Source of the DNA: Spirochaetota bacterium
Lineage (GTDB): Bacteria > Spirochaetota > UBA4802 > UBA5550
Assembly (NCBI GenBank): GCA_022709405.1
Contig: JAKLIV010000003.1
Span: 1,883-65,882, forward strand
Reading direction: 5' to 3'
DNA length: 64,000 bases
Position 1 is the stretch's first letter. Every line of letters begins with the position of its first letter. A program made the translations under genes and the position numbers. The notes beneath the pieces are model-generated. The model saw nothing but the letters and a program-made list of their open reading frames with translations, was not told the origin of the DNA and made no database searches. Of this stretch, positions 33,526 through 43,220 are shown one piece after another.

Positions 33526-35205
33526 TCACCGGGAGCCCGTGATCCTGACGATTTCCATTTTTTTTATCGACCCATCCGCGCCGATTGTGTAGCGGTGAAA
33601 TATTCCCTGCGAATACTCTTCCCGGCTGTAAAAATGATACTCCCTGACCGGCCTCCACGGGAAATTGCGGCTCAGCAGAGACGCGCCTGCAAGATGGGCG
33701 TCGGGGATCATTCCGATTGAATCATAAATTGTGGGCGCGATATCGTATATGGTCGCCCTGGCCTCCGACATGGCCATCGCTCCCGGTGCAGTCGACCGAG
33801 CGGGTTTTATCAGCATGAGAGGCCTGGAGCGCGCCCGGCTCCATTCAGGGCCGAAACAGTCTTTTTTCTCCACCGAAACAAGGGAGTTTCCGCTGATCCT
33901 GAAGCCCGACCCATGATCGCCGTGTATCAGGATCAGCGAACGATCAAACCGCCCCGTCTCTTTCAGCAAATCGATGAACTGCCTTACCAGATATACGGCG
34001 CACATAGTCTGCTCGAGTGGCCCTGTCAGCCTGCCCTTGACGTAATCGCCGTTTTCATCGAGGACATACGGGAAATGCGGCAGGATCAGATGTAGAAATA
34101 CGTAACGGCTGCTTTTTCTTTCGGAACGCTCCCTTTCCATGAACTTCCTGAAGCTGAGCATCGACGCCACGGGAGCCTCGTCCGGCAGCAGTTTATCGCT
34201 TGAAAGCTGCCTGAAATAATGGTCGGGGATCAAGCGCTTTGAAAAAAATTTTGGAAGAGATGAATACATCCAGCACGATGCGAACAGCATCCGGAGGCTT
34301 GTCTGTGACGCCGCATCCATGTGCTTTTTATGATGGTACGTGACGTCAAACGGAGATGGAGAGCGCCTGGGGTATGTGCCGTGAATATATCCTGTCAGGG
34401 TGTATCCGGCTTCGCGAAGAGCATGCAGAAAAGACCGTTCTGTCATGAATGCCCCGCGGATATAATCGTCTGGCGGCATGTCATAGTTGTATCTCATGCC
34501 GGAAAACAACGCTCCCATGGACATTTCCGTCCGGCCGAAGGGGGTCGTCGCATGAGGGAAAAAAACGAAGCCGGACAATGCCCCCCTGAGGTCTTCGTTG
34601 AGGCACGCTTCGAACATTTCGGTCTGCATCTCGTCAAGGACAATGTGATAGATGTTCGGCAGATCGCCTCTCGATGAAAGATGATTATTGGCGGCGGCCT
34701 CGTTTTTCACGCCGGGAACCACGTCCTTCAATGAATTGTCCGATGAACTGCTCCCGGCCAACACATACAGGCTTGATATGACAATGCAGGCCGAGAAGAT
34801 ACCGAATATCCTGAGAAGGCGATCCGTATCCCGCTTTCTCATGAGGAACCCGATCGCCAGGGATACTATAAAAACAAGCGCGAACAGGGACAGGGAAACA
34901 ACGAACCTCGTTTTCCCATCGGTCATTCTTGAATTGATTTCCGAATATAATATCCAGAGAGGACCCAGGCAAAGACAGGAAATAAACAAAACTTTTGCCG
35001 GAGAATACTTTGACATAAAAAAAAGAATTAATGTTATGCAGATAAAAAATCCTGCGGCAAGAAAAACATACAGGGCGGGTTCGAACCGCCCCATGAAATA
35101 TTCACCGTTCCGCTGGATAAGATTCAGCGAGGGGAAGATAAAGATGACAAAAGAGGTTCCCACGCAGGCGGAAATCGCATAAAATGCTTTCGTATATTTT
35201 GACAT
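33526..35205 (-). CDS. Membrane-anchored alkaline-phosphatase-superfamily transferase (LtaS/EptA/OpgB-like: phosphoglycerol, phosphoethanolamine or similar)
   Basis: About 5 N-terminal TM helices, then 'PNIYHIVLDEMQTE', 'FLHLILPHFPYVLDENGDY' and 'LILIHGDHGSG'. Confidence 0.65.
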   Translation of the reverse strand: MSKYTKAFYAISACVGTSFVIFIFPSLNLIQRNGEYFMGRFEPALYVFLAAGFFICITLILFFMSKYSPAKVLFISCLCLGPLWILYSEINSRMTDGKTRFVVSLSLFALVFIVSLAIGFLMRKRDTDRLLRIFGIFSACIVISSLYVLAGSSSSDNSLKDVVPGVKNEAAANNHLSSRGDLPNIYHIVLDEMQTEMFEACLNEDLRGALSGFVFFPHATTPFGRTEMSMGALFSGMRYNYDMPPDDYIRGAFMTERSFLHALREAGYTLTGYIHGTYPRRSPSPFDVTYHHKKHMDAASQTSLRMLFASCWMYSSLPKFFSKRLIPDHYFRQLSSDKLLPDEAPVASMLSFRKFMERERSERKSSRYVFLHLILPHFPYVLDENGDYVKGRLTGPLEQTMCAVYLVRQFIDLLKETGRFDRSLILIHGDHGSGFRISGNSLVSVEKKDCFGPEWSRARSRPLMLIKPARSTAPGAMAMSEARATIYDIAPTIYDSIGMIPDAHLAGASLLSRNFPWRPVREYHFYSREEYSQGIFHRYTIGADGSIKKMEIVRITGSR

Positions 35206-35275
35206 ATGAATGATAAATGTAATTCAGAATTTTATGAGAGACACGGGATGAGTTTTACAGCAGAATAATTTTCTG

Positions 35276-37678
35276 TCAATAATATATAGACAGGGATTTT
35301 TCCCTGAGTTCAACCAGCAACGGGTGGTTCCGGCAATTGGCGATCGCGGCCCTGATCCTGTCGTCGCCATGTTTTCGGGTAAGGGCCACCCGGCCGGCCT
35401 TCATCAATCCGATTCTTACATCGTCGTCTTTGTAACTCTTCGATTTCGAATGGAACACGAAGGTGTTTGTCGCGATGACGAGGTCAAACCCGGCGTCCGC
35501 GGCCCTCAGGCAGTAATCGTTTTCCTCAGAGTATCCTTTCGGGAACGACTCCTCGTCGAAATATCCGATGCGGTCGATGACCTCCCGCCGTATGCCGATG
35601 CAGAACCCGTGAACGAGGGGCACCGATGGATACAGGCCGTATCGGGACCATTTTTCACAGCAGGAGTCAACCTCTTCGACGGTGAGTCCCGGAGGCAGTG
35701 GATTCACCGCTGTCTGGGTCGCGGTGCTTTTTATCTGCGGTATCGACTGATATCCCGCGGCGTTCGACATCGGGCCGACAATGCCCGTCGTCGGATTCGA
35801 AAAGACCGCATCCGCCATTTTCAGCGACCAGTCTGCCGGAACGATCGTGTCGCTGTTGAGAAGAATCACCAGCCGGGCCTTACTGTTCTTCAATCCGATA
35901 TTCGCCGATCTGGTGTACCCCAGGGCCTGTTCGTTTCTGAAAAGCCTGGTCCCGGGATTTTTCCGTATGAATTCATCAAGATATTTTCGTGTCCGTTCAT
36001 CGGAGCAATCATCCACGATTATCAGCGTGTGTCCCGCGCGCATGGACGAGAAAACGGAATCAAGGCACCTGATCGTATCCTCGAGAGCGTTGTGCACGCA
36101 TACCACGATATCAATGGAAAAACCGGCAACCCTGCCGGCAAGTTCTTTTCGGTGCTCATAAAACGCGTCCAGGGACAGCGGATCGGCAACTTCCGATACG
36201 GGTCCGAGATCGCCGTCAATCGCGGCCCTGTTACGCTTCCCGTGCCTGAACAGCGCGAAATCATAGTGGTTTCGCAGTGAATAGTTTTCTTCAAACAGCG
36301 AAAACCATTTTAGTCCAGAGTCTTTGAGCGCGTACATGACGCTGAGCTGATCGCGCCTGCTGTAGCGCTCGATTTCGTTCCACCACGATCCGAAGGCCTG
36401 CTGCACGACCGGGTCATGATGGAGACAGACGAAAATATTCGTTTCAATGAGCCCGGCATCCGGCATAAAGCCGAGGCCCCTGTATCTTTCCATCTGCTTA
36501 TCGATGACATCATTATCATCTTTGCCGAGCTCCTTGCAGCTTTCCGCTTCGACAAACACGCAATTGCGCCGCGGATGCGCGACACAGCCGATTTTTTCCC
36601 CTGATGATTTCAATCGATTCACGAATTTTTTCAGATCGCCGCGAATCAGCACATTAGCGTCAATCCATATCGAAACGTCATGTTCGGGAAAGTATTTATG
36701 GGGATGGGTCTTCACGTAGCGGGCGATTTTCACCGGGTCGGTATTGTAGTAATCGACGGGACGGATTTCGAAAACGCCGAACCCGTCCCTGGGCCTGTCT
36801 GAAAAGCACACGTAATCCATATCAGGATCGATCACTTCCGGGACGATGAGGCTGTCATATTCACCGATAATCGTCGTATACACGACGATATGGTTTTTTT
36901 TCTTCAGCCGCCGGTAGCTCTTTACACCTTCAATAATATCTGCCGCACAACGCGGCGGATATGGTCTTTCGCGGTAGTACAATGAAATATTATTACAATC
37001 TTTTTGTACTGCGCATTCGTGCAGGCCGAATCCGCGTGACGCAATAAACGAGGCGATCAGCTCCCCGGGATTTTGCGCCGTGCCGGAATCCTGACCGGTG
37101 TGAGGCATATTGAACCCATCGGCAAGAAAGGGCCTGATCGCGTCAACGCACAACCACAGCATGAAGCCGCCGGCATCTATCTGTCCTCCCTGCGGATAGA
37201 CGAGGCCGGCTTTTTTGTTCCTGATGAGCCGATATGCAGCCTCTGCGGTTTTCGGCGAGCCGGCAAGATCGAAGAGCGCGTTTCTCCAGGATGACCGCAT
37301 GTCGGGTTCAGGCCCCGGGGTCCTGATAGCCAGCAGCATGTCGCAGGACAGTATCTCTGCGGCGAAAACAGTCAGGCATCCAGGCGCTCCGAGAGAGGAG
37401 CCTTCCTGACATTTGCAGATTACCGACCGTGCATGATGAAGCTTCTTTTCAAAATATTCCCGTGTCGGCTGTATGGACAGGGGATTCCGGGCAAGGACCA
37501 TGACCCTGGACACGTATGCGATGTTGCGCACGTGGTGGATGATCTCATCGGAAAAGCTTTCATCCTCGAGCAGGACCAACACGCCGACTTTTTTTCTGAC
37601 CACCCGCTTGATGAATGCAATCATGTTTCTTCTTGCGGCTGCGATCCGTATTCGGAATTTTTCTATGAGCCCTGTCAT
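35276..37678 (-). CDS. Three-module glycosyltransferase (RgpF-like N-terminal region + DUF616/TOD1-like domain + C-terminal GT2)
   Basis: Middle: 'IVVYTTIIGEYDSL..DYVCFSD', 'VSIWIDANVLI' and 'SRRDQLSVMYAL' (DUF616 pattern). C-terminus: 'FSIDIVVCVHNALEDTIRCLDSV..LIIVDDCSDERT..LGYTRSANIG..ILLNSDTIV'. Confidence 0.65.
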   Translation of the reverse strand: MTGLIEKFRIRIAAARRNMIAFIKRVVRKKVGVLVLLEDESFSDEIIHHVRNIAYVSRVMVLARNPLSIQPTREYFEKKLHHARSVICKCQEGSSLGAPGCLTVFAAEILSCDMLLAIRTPGPEPDMRSSWRNALFDLAGSPKTAEAAYRLIRNKKAGLVYPQGGQIDAGGFMLWLCVDAIRPFLADGFNMPHTGQDSGTAQNPGELIASFIASRGFGLHECAVQKDCNNISLYYRERPYPPRCAADIIEGVKSYRRLKKKNHIVVYTTIIGEYDSLIVPEVIDPDMDYVCFSDRPRDGFGVFEIRPVDYYNTDPVKIARYVKTHPHKYFPEHDVSIWIDANVLIRGDLKKFVNRLKSSGEKIGCVAHPRRNCVFVEAESCKELGKDDNDVIDKQMERYRGLGFMPDAGLIETNIFVCLHHDPVVQQAFGSWWNEIERYSRRDQLSVMYALKDSGLKWFSLFEENYSLRNHYDFALFRHGKRNRAAIDGDLGPVSEVADPLSLDAFYEHRKELAGRVAGFSIDIVVCVHNALEDTIRCLDSVFSSMRAGHTLIIVDDCSDERTRKYLDEFIRKNPGTRLFRNEQALGYTRSANIGLKNSKARLVILLNSDTIVPADWSLKMADAVFSNPTTGIVGPMSNAAGYQSIPQIKSTATQTAVNPLPPGLTVEEVDSCCEKWSRYGLYPSVPLVHGFCIGIRREVIDRIGYFDEESFPKGYSEENDYCLRAADAGFDLVIATNTFVFHSKSKSYKDDDVRIGLMKAGRVALTRKHGDDRIRAAIANCRNHPLLVELREKSLSIYY

Positions 37679-38433
37679 ATGATATTCTCATTCTCGTCGA
37701 TTATCGTCCTGTCAATTTTATATTTTTTTATCAGCTCCCTATGATCGACACCGGGCATTGAAACAAAGGCGACCGTCTTCCGGTACACAGGAAACTTAAA
37801 CCTAATTTTTTTCTTTTTTTCGGGATGAGAGGCGGGATCATACTCATGCTGATCGATATCTGTCTCCAGGGGAATGATATTCGGATCAAAAGAGTCGACG
37901 ATCGGATGCTTCAGATGTATCGAAAAACACCCCAGCGCCCCGTCGTTCTTCAGCTCTTTCAACGACCGGTACAGGTCAAATGTCGACATGGTATTGGGGT
38001 GCCCCTTCCAGTGAGACCAGAAACACTTGAGGCCCAGCTGAAAAAGATACCCGTCAGCATCAAAATACGGTTGTTTTATGAAGACAAATTCGGTTGATAG
38101 TTCGCAGGCCTTTCTTATGAACTTTTTAACGAGATTGAAATCGGGAACATGCTCGAGAAATTCCGACATCACGGTGAACCTGACTTTTCTCTCGGGTGGG
38201 ATGTCAAAAATATCGAAATGTATCGCTGGCAACCCCGCACCCCTTGCGGCATTTACCTTCTGATCGTCGATGTCCAATCCTATACCGGCGTTATTTCCGC
38301 CGGTGAAAGTCTTTCGGGCCATCAACATGCTGCCGCCCTTGCTGCATCCGAAATCGTAAAAGTCGGGCCTTATCTTATCATAAAGCGCCGCGAATTCCTC
38401 TATGCTGGCCATTCCGGTTGGTTTGTGCATCAC
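37675..38433 (-). CDS. Class I SAM-dependent methyltransferase-like protein
   Basis: Motif I 'FYDFGCSKGGS', then 'IGLDID' and 'FTVMSEFLEHVPD'. There is a 4-nt overlap with the downstream GT. Confidence 0.55.
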   Translation of the reverse strand: MMHKPTGMASIEEFAALYDKIRPDFYDFGCSKGGSMLMARKTFTGGNNAGIGLDIDDQKVNAARGAGLPAIHFDIFDIPPERKVRFTVMSEFLEHVPDFNLVKKFIRKACELSTEFVFIKQPYFDADGYLFQLGLKCFWSHWKGHPNTMSTFDLYRSLKELKNDGALGCFSIHLKHPIVDSFDPNIIPLETDIDQHEYDPASHPEKKKKIRFKFPVYRKTVAFVSMPGVDHRELIKKYKIDRTIIDENENII

Positions 38434-38454
38434 GCAATCCGTATATCCAAATAA

Positions 38455-39528
38455 CTATTTTTTGATTGAGGAGCGCCTTTTATCCAGCAACTTCTTGATA
38501 ATCAGGCCCAATACCGTTTTCTTTGACAATTCATATGCTTTGATTGGAATTTTCACAATCGGAAAAGAACTCAGAAGCTCATAATCGGATTTCAGCTTCG
38601 CAATTTTTTCCTTTCTCTCTTGATCCCTTTTGCGAAGGTCCCCGACCAGTTCATTCACCCTTTTCAATTGCTGCTGCATCCCGTCATTTGAAAAAAATTT
38701 CAACGACGCCATGAAATCGCGGCTTGCTTTATCAAGCTCGGCCTGGATTTCCTTCTCCCTGGACGCATCATAGTTTGCGGAAACGTCGGTGAACAGCGAT
38801 ATTATTGCGTTGATGAAACCCGGCGCAGTTTCAATTCGGCCGCTATCGATCGAATGATGCTTCAATTCGCTGACGATGAATTTTTCGATCTCATCTTTTT
38901 TCCCGCGCAGGGTTTCCGAAAAATCAAGCCCGAGATTCGTCTCAATTGACGATATCACTCCGAACGGATTCTTCACAAAGGCGTCATACGATATGAAAAC
39001 TCTCCTGTGGTTTCTGCTGTATCTTTCAGCATCGACTTCATGAATCATCCAGAGAACGACCGATTGTTCCGTTGAATATTTATTCCGTGCGCCGATCGAA
39101 GCCGCAATTTCAAGAGGATTCCTCACCGGAAGAATCACGCATATATCGACTCCCATCCCGGCAAGAACCTTCTCCCAGAAAGGGAACAGCCTGCAGATCC
39201 GCGGGTCTTTGATTCCAAAAACGGGGACATCTCCATATTCGTCGTCGATTATCTCCCGCGCTTCCATATACAGATCGTTAAGCCCCTTGTCGTTCTCCCA
39301 GCCGGGCGTGAAAGAAAACGTGCTGTCCCATGCTGACTTAAGCCGCGGAAGCAACTTATTTTCATTGAAAATCTGGACCTTCAGGTTTTCATAATAACCT
39401 GTCGGATTGTTCGGATTCGGAGGCATCAGGGTTTTCCCCATGAAGACCCCCAATCTGTCAAGAACGCCGGCAAGCGCCGAAGTGCCGCTGCGGTGCATGC
39501 CCAGTATCATGATGCATTTCTGATTCAT
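38455..39528 (-). CDS. Sulfotransferase-family protein with C-terminal coiled-coil and basic amphipathic tail
   Basis: The PAPS 5'-phosphosulfate-binding loop is 'IMILGMHRSGTSALAGVL', followed by 'GIKDPRICRLFPFW'. The C-terminus reads 'QQQLKRVNELVGDLRKRDQERKEKIAKLKSDYELL' and then 'LSKKTVLGLIIKKLLDKRRSSIKK'. There is a 4-nt overlap with wzt copy 2. Confidence 0.65.
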   Translation of the reverse strand: MNQKCIMILGMHRSGTSALAGVLDRLGVFMGKTLMPPNPNNPTGYYENLKVQIFNENKLLPRLKSAWDSTFSFTPGWENDKGLNDLYMEAREIIDDEYGDVPVFGIKDPRICRLFPFWEKVLAGMGVDICVILPVRNPLEIAASIGARNKYSTEQSVVLWMIHEVDAERYSRNHRRVFISYDAFVKNPFGVISSIETNLGLDFSETLRGKKDEIEKFIVSELKHHSIDSGRIETAPGFINAIISLFTDVSANYDASREKEIQAELDKASRDFMASLKFFSNDGMQQQLKRVNELVGDLRKRDQERKEKIAKLKSDYELLSSFPIVKIPIKAYELSKKTVLGLIIKKLLDKRRSSIKK

Positions 39529-40976
39529 TTTTTCGGATCCTCGGGATTTACAATCGGAACGATTACCGGATCCTGGTAAAAAAAGAGCTGGCCTGTGTAT
39601 ATATCATCGTATTCCCGCTGGACCTTGAATACCAGGCTGTCGACGATTCTGTTCAAATAAACGATCTCGCCATTTACACGGCCCCTGACGCCGGCGTTTA
39701 TATAATAAAGCCCCTGAAAAAAATTGCATGAAAAACGCCATTCGATCCGGAAAACTGAACCCTTTGCGACATAGGGGATGTACGTGTTGACTCCTGGAGT
39801 GACGCCGCCTCCAAGCTGCACTCCCCTTTCGGTTTTGAAGAGCATGCCGAACGAGACGTCTTCGGCGTCACAATTGAATGTCGCCCTATACGAAAGAACG
39901 TACTTTTCATCGAGAAGGAGCATGTTCACCTGCTCATCAGATGAGGTGGTCAGTTTCACATCCGAGATGTCAACATCATAGCTTTTATATTCAACTGTTG
40001 TCCTGGGTTTCATTTCTGGGATAAAATATGAGCGGGGAGCCAGGTGAGATGCGCCGCCTTTCACCGTGGGCGAACAGTCCGGTCCGGAACCGGCACCCGG
40101 TTCCAATTCCTGTAAGGAATAATCCTCATCGATTGAAGTCTTGTATTCCTTGCTCAAGTTCAATGCAATTATTTCGTTTCTTGACGACTCAATTCTTTCC
40201 TTCGGAGAGTAGAGATACTTTTGATACAGCGCCGTTACCAGTTTTGTCGGTCCTTCAAAGATAATCTCTCCGCGGTCAAGAAGTATCGCGCGAGTGCAGA
40301 TTTCATTTATGGTATGGGCCGAGTGGCTCACGAACAGGATAGTCTTGCCGCTTGAGAAAAATTGCTCCATCCTGGCATAGCATTTCCGCCTGAACAGCTC
40401 GTCGCCGACTGAAAGAACCTCATCCAGGATGAGAATATCCGGATCGACATTCACCGACACCGAAAAAGCGAGCCGCGCTTTCATGCCGCTTGAGTATGTC
40501 TTCAGCGGCTGGTCGATGAAATCCCCGAGCTCGGAGAATTCGATAATATCGCCGATCACGTCATCTATTTCTTTTCTTCTGTATCCGAGGAGCGCGCTGT
40601 AAAAATAAATGTTGTCGAGGCCCGTGAATTCCGGATTGAAACCGGATCCAAGCTCAAGAAGCGCCACGATATTTCCTTCTGTGCGGACATCGCCCCTGGT
40701 TGGCGTCAATACTCCTGACACAACCTCCAGCAGGGTCGACTTGCCGGATCCGTTTTTACCAACGATGCCCAGTATTTCACCACTGTGAACATCGAGACTG
40801 ATGTTCTTTAACGCGTAAAAATCCTTGTGATGGCTTTTATTGCGGGGATCAAGGGCTTCCTTAACGCGATCGAGCCTGCTGCCGTACAAATTGTATTTTT
40901 TACTGATACCCTTGAGCTGTATTACCGGTTCACTCATATTGATATGTGATTTCCCCAAATGGTTATGCTTATCCAT
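39525..40976 (-). CDS. wzt: Wzt/TagH-type polysaccharide ABC-transporter ATPase with a distinct C-terminal carbohydrate-binding-like domain (copy 2)
   Basis: 'GIVGKNGSGKSTLLEV', 'LLELGSGFNPEFTGLDNIYF', 'YSSGMKARLAFS' and 'ILILDEVLSVGD'. The NBD is about 70% identical by eye to copy 1, while the C-terminal ~200 aa are unrelated in sequence. Confidence 0.9.
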   Translation of the reverse strand: MDKHNHLGKSHINMSEPVIQLKGISKKYNLYGSRLDRVKEALDPRNKSHHKDFYALKNISLDVHSGEILGIVGKNGSGKSTLLEVVSGVLTPTRGDVRTEGNIVALLELGSGFNPEFTGLDNIYFYSALLGYRRKEIDDVIGDIIEFSELGDFIDQPLKTYSSGMKARLAFSVSVNVDPDILILDEVLSVGDELFRRKCYARMEQFFSSGKTILFVSHSAHTINEICTRAILLDRGEIIFEGPTKLVTALYQKYLYSPKERIESSRNEIIALNLSKEYKTSIDEDYSLQELEPGAGSGPDCSPTVKGGASHLAPRSYFIPEMKPRTTVEYKSYDVDISDVKLTTSSDEQVNMLLLDEKYVLSYRATFNCDAEDVSFGMLFKTERGVQLGGGVTPGVNTYIPYVAKGSVFRIEWRFSCNFFQGLYYINAGVRGRVNGEIVYLNRIVDSLVFKVQREYDDIYTGQLFFYQDPVIVPIVNPEDPKK

Positions 40977-43220
40977 TTATCTTGTCTCGGCTCTTTTTTC
41001 CAGTACGATATAGTCCCGGTTTTTGAATACCGGCCTGAATCTGTTTTTGCCGTATGTATCGCCCGGTTTTTTCCGGTCAGCCATAGTTTTATCAACGACA
41101 AGATGAAAATCAAACATTTTATTCAGAGATTCCCATTGAACCTCGTTTATCTCACCCTGATAATAGAGCTCATGGCATTTCTCGATGCAGAGGCCCATGA
41201 ACCACTGCTTGTTGTATGTATAGGTGCCAATAACAATCATAGATCGTGAAACCGGGGTTACCAAGCCATCAATGATCATTGGAGCCATCCACGATACTGG
41301 ATCAGGCAGCATAGCACTGACTTTGTCGAGATCCCTCTCATTCCTGTATTTCTGGATGAACTCGATCACCTCTCTTTCAGGCAGCGGGATTCGTGAATAA
41401 TTCGATATCCTGACAATGCTTTCAGGGTAGGCTTTCGAGGAGTTGGCCAATAAAAAAAATCCGAGGACACATGCAACGGCAATGACAGAAATAAATCCAT
41501 TCATCGCTGAGCCGGCGTGTCTGAAGCGCTTTTGTGCCAGCAGACCATTCAGGCGGTTTCTGAATTCAATCAGCAGCCATATCATTATCAGATGAAAGGG
41601 GATGATGAATTCAATAAAACGCCAGGTCACGGCCCCGGATATTTTAGCCATAACAAGATACGTGGTCTTGAAAAAGAACAGCGTTGCAATTAAAATTGCC
41701 GGCCCGATGAAATACCACCGGATCATCTTATCCCTGACAAGAACCGCAGCAAGGGGGATTGCAGACAAAACGAAAATTTTCACCGGGCTCAAATAAAAGA
41801 ATTCAAACCTTCGTTTAAAACCCCTGCCGGGATTGTTGAATTTTAAAAAATCCATGACTTCGGGGAAAACAAAGTAAACAGCAATTATCATCAATATAAA
41901 AACGATCAGGACCAGAACCAGCAGCTTTACCGTTTTCGATACCGATATCCGGCCCATCCCGCCGATAAAAATGAACGCACACGGTATGCAGACCTGGAAC
42001 AACCCGAACGGGTGGATGCATACAGTAGCGAATGACAAAATCAAAAAAAGGGCGAGGTTCTTGTTCCTTTTTTCTCTGACATACTCAAGAAACGATCCGA
42101 GCGCAAGAGGGACAAATATGAAGTTTACAATCGATTTCGGCTGATGAAGCCTCATGGTAAAAAAATTTGATAAAGATTTATGATAATCATTCGATTTCAG
42201 AGCAATCAGCATAAACAGAATTAATGCCAGCAATGCATTCGTTTTATTCTTGAATATCTTCAGAAAAAAATAGTACAGAGCGGAGAAGCTCAGCAGATAC
42301 AGAAAAGGATAGAAAAGATACTGCATCAATTCAACAGGCGGTATCGATGTCAGCCTGCTTATGAAAGCGGCGAAAACTTCCCACATGACCAGAAAAAAAA
42401 CCGGGAGCTGATGCAGGGCGAGCCCGAGTGACGGTTCAAAAAGGTTCATCTGAGACGATGATTTCAGCTTCAGGGCTGTGCTTATATATGTGCAGTCGTC
42501 AGCGTCGAGATACGGATTGCAGAGAGCGCAATAAGAATACCAGGTTATTCCCGCAATAATCAGCAGCCAGAGAAACGCGCGGATTCCTTCTTGATGGGTT
42601 TCATGACTCACGCCATGGGAATTATTTTTATCGGTTAAGAAATACCAGGCGGCGAGGAACGTGTTCAGCGCCACCGCAACTGTGAGTATTATGCCTTCAG
42701 TTGCGGTAAACGCCCCCCCTCTGAAAAACACGGCTGCGATGAAGAGATCAAGCGCAATTACCAAGAAAAAAACAACCGATGCCATTCCCCGGTTATCGCC
42801 GTTTGAACATTCCGCCGGTTCAAGCGTCTCGTTCTCAATTATTTTTTCATACTCTTCAACAGAATCGCTTGATTTCCTTCTGTAAAAGTCGCGGGCCGCA
42901 TAACCGATAACGATGGCAAAAACGGCCGTCGCAATGTAGAAAAAATAATCGAATCTGCCATGAATTATCAGGAAGGGCGCTCCAATCGCCGTCAGCAAAC
43001 CGAAAGAAAGCCCGAAACCAAATGCAAGGTTTTCAAACGACATCGGCATATTTTTGCCGTTCAGCTTATCAAGAATGACAAAACCCGGAATTAAAAAGCA
43101 CACGAGGACGGGGATGAGTTTCAACGCATCCGTATTCCCGGTCAGGAATAAATACCATACGGATATAAATAATATGGTTGTAATGGCCCTGATTTTAATT
43201 GAAGAAGTAAGTCTATTCAT
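40977..43220 (-). CDS. Large polytopic membrane protein, GT-C-like (polyprenyl-phosphate-sugar-dependent glycosyltransferase candidate) with soluble C-terminal domain
   Basis: 747 aa with more than 12 hydrophobic segments and the acidic loop motif 'NPYLDADDCTYIS'. It lies downstream of a GT2 Pol-P-sugar synthase and a DUF2304-like gene. Its TAA stop directly abuts the ATG of wzt-2 (TAAATG). Confidence 0.5.
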   Translation of the reverse strand: MNRLTSSIKIRAITTILFISVWYLFLTGNTDALKLIPVLVCFLIPGFVILDKLNGKNMPMSFENLAFGFGLSFGLLTAIGAPFLIIHGRFDYFFYIATAVFAIVIGYAARDFYRRKSSDSVEEYEKIIENETLEPAECSNGDNRGMASVVFFLVIALDLFIAAVFFRGGAFTATEGIILTVAVALNTFLAAWYFLTDKNNSHGVSHETHQEGIRAFLWLLIIAGITWYSYCALCNPYLDADDCTYISTALKLKSSSQMNLFEPSLGLALHQLPVFFLVMWEVFAAFISRLTSIPPVELMQYLFYPFLYLLSFSALYYFFLKIFKNKTNALLALILFMLIALKSNDYHKSLSNFFTMRLHQPKSIVNFIFVPLALGSFLEYVREKRNKNLALFLILSFATVCIHPFGLFQVCIPCAFIFIGGMGRISVSKTVKLLVLVLIVFILMIIAVYFVFPEVMDFLKFNNPGRGFKRRFEFFYLSPVKIFVLSAIPLAAVLVRDKMIRWYFIGPAILIATLFFFKTTYLVMAKISGAVTWRFIEFIIPFHLIMIWLLIEFRNRLNGLLAQKRFRHAGSAMNGFISVIAVACVLGFFLLANSSKAYPESIVRISNYSRIPLPEREVIEFIQKYRNERDLDKVSAMLPDPVSWMAPMIIDGLVTPVSRSMIVIGTYTYNKQWFMGLCIEKCHELYYQGEINEVQWESLNKMFDFHLVVDKTMADRKKPGDTYGKNRFRPVFKNRDYIVLEKRAETR

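Noticed and set aside
40977-43220. Is the 747-aa membrane protein a fused or atypical Wzm permease?
   Set aside because: It is about three times too large. It has a GT-C-like acidic first loop and a soluble C-terminal domain, and it follows a Pol-P-sugar synthase. It is kept only as a low-probability alternative in the findings.
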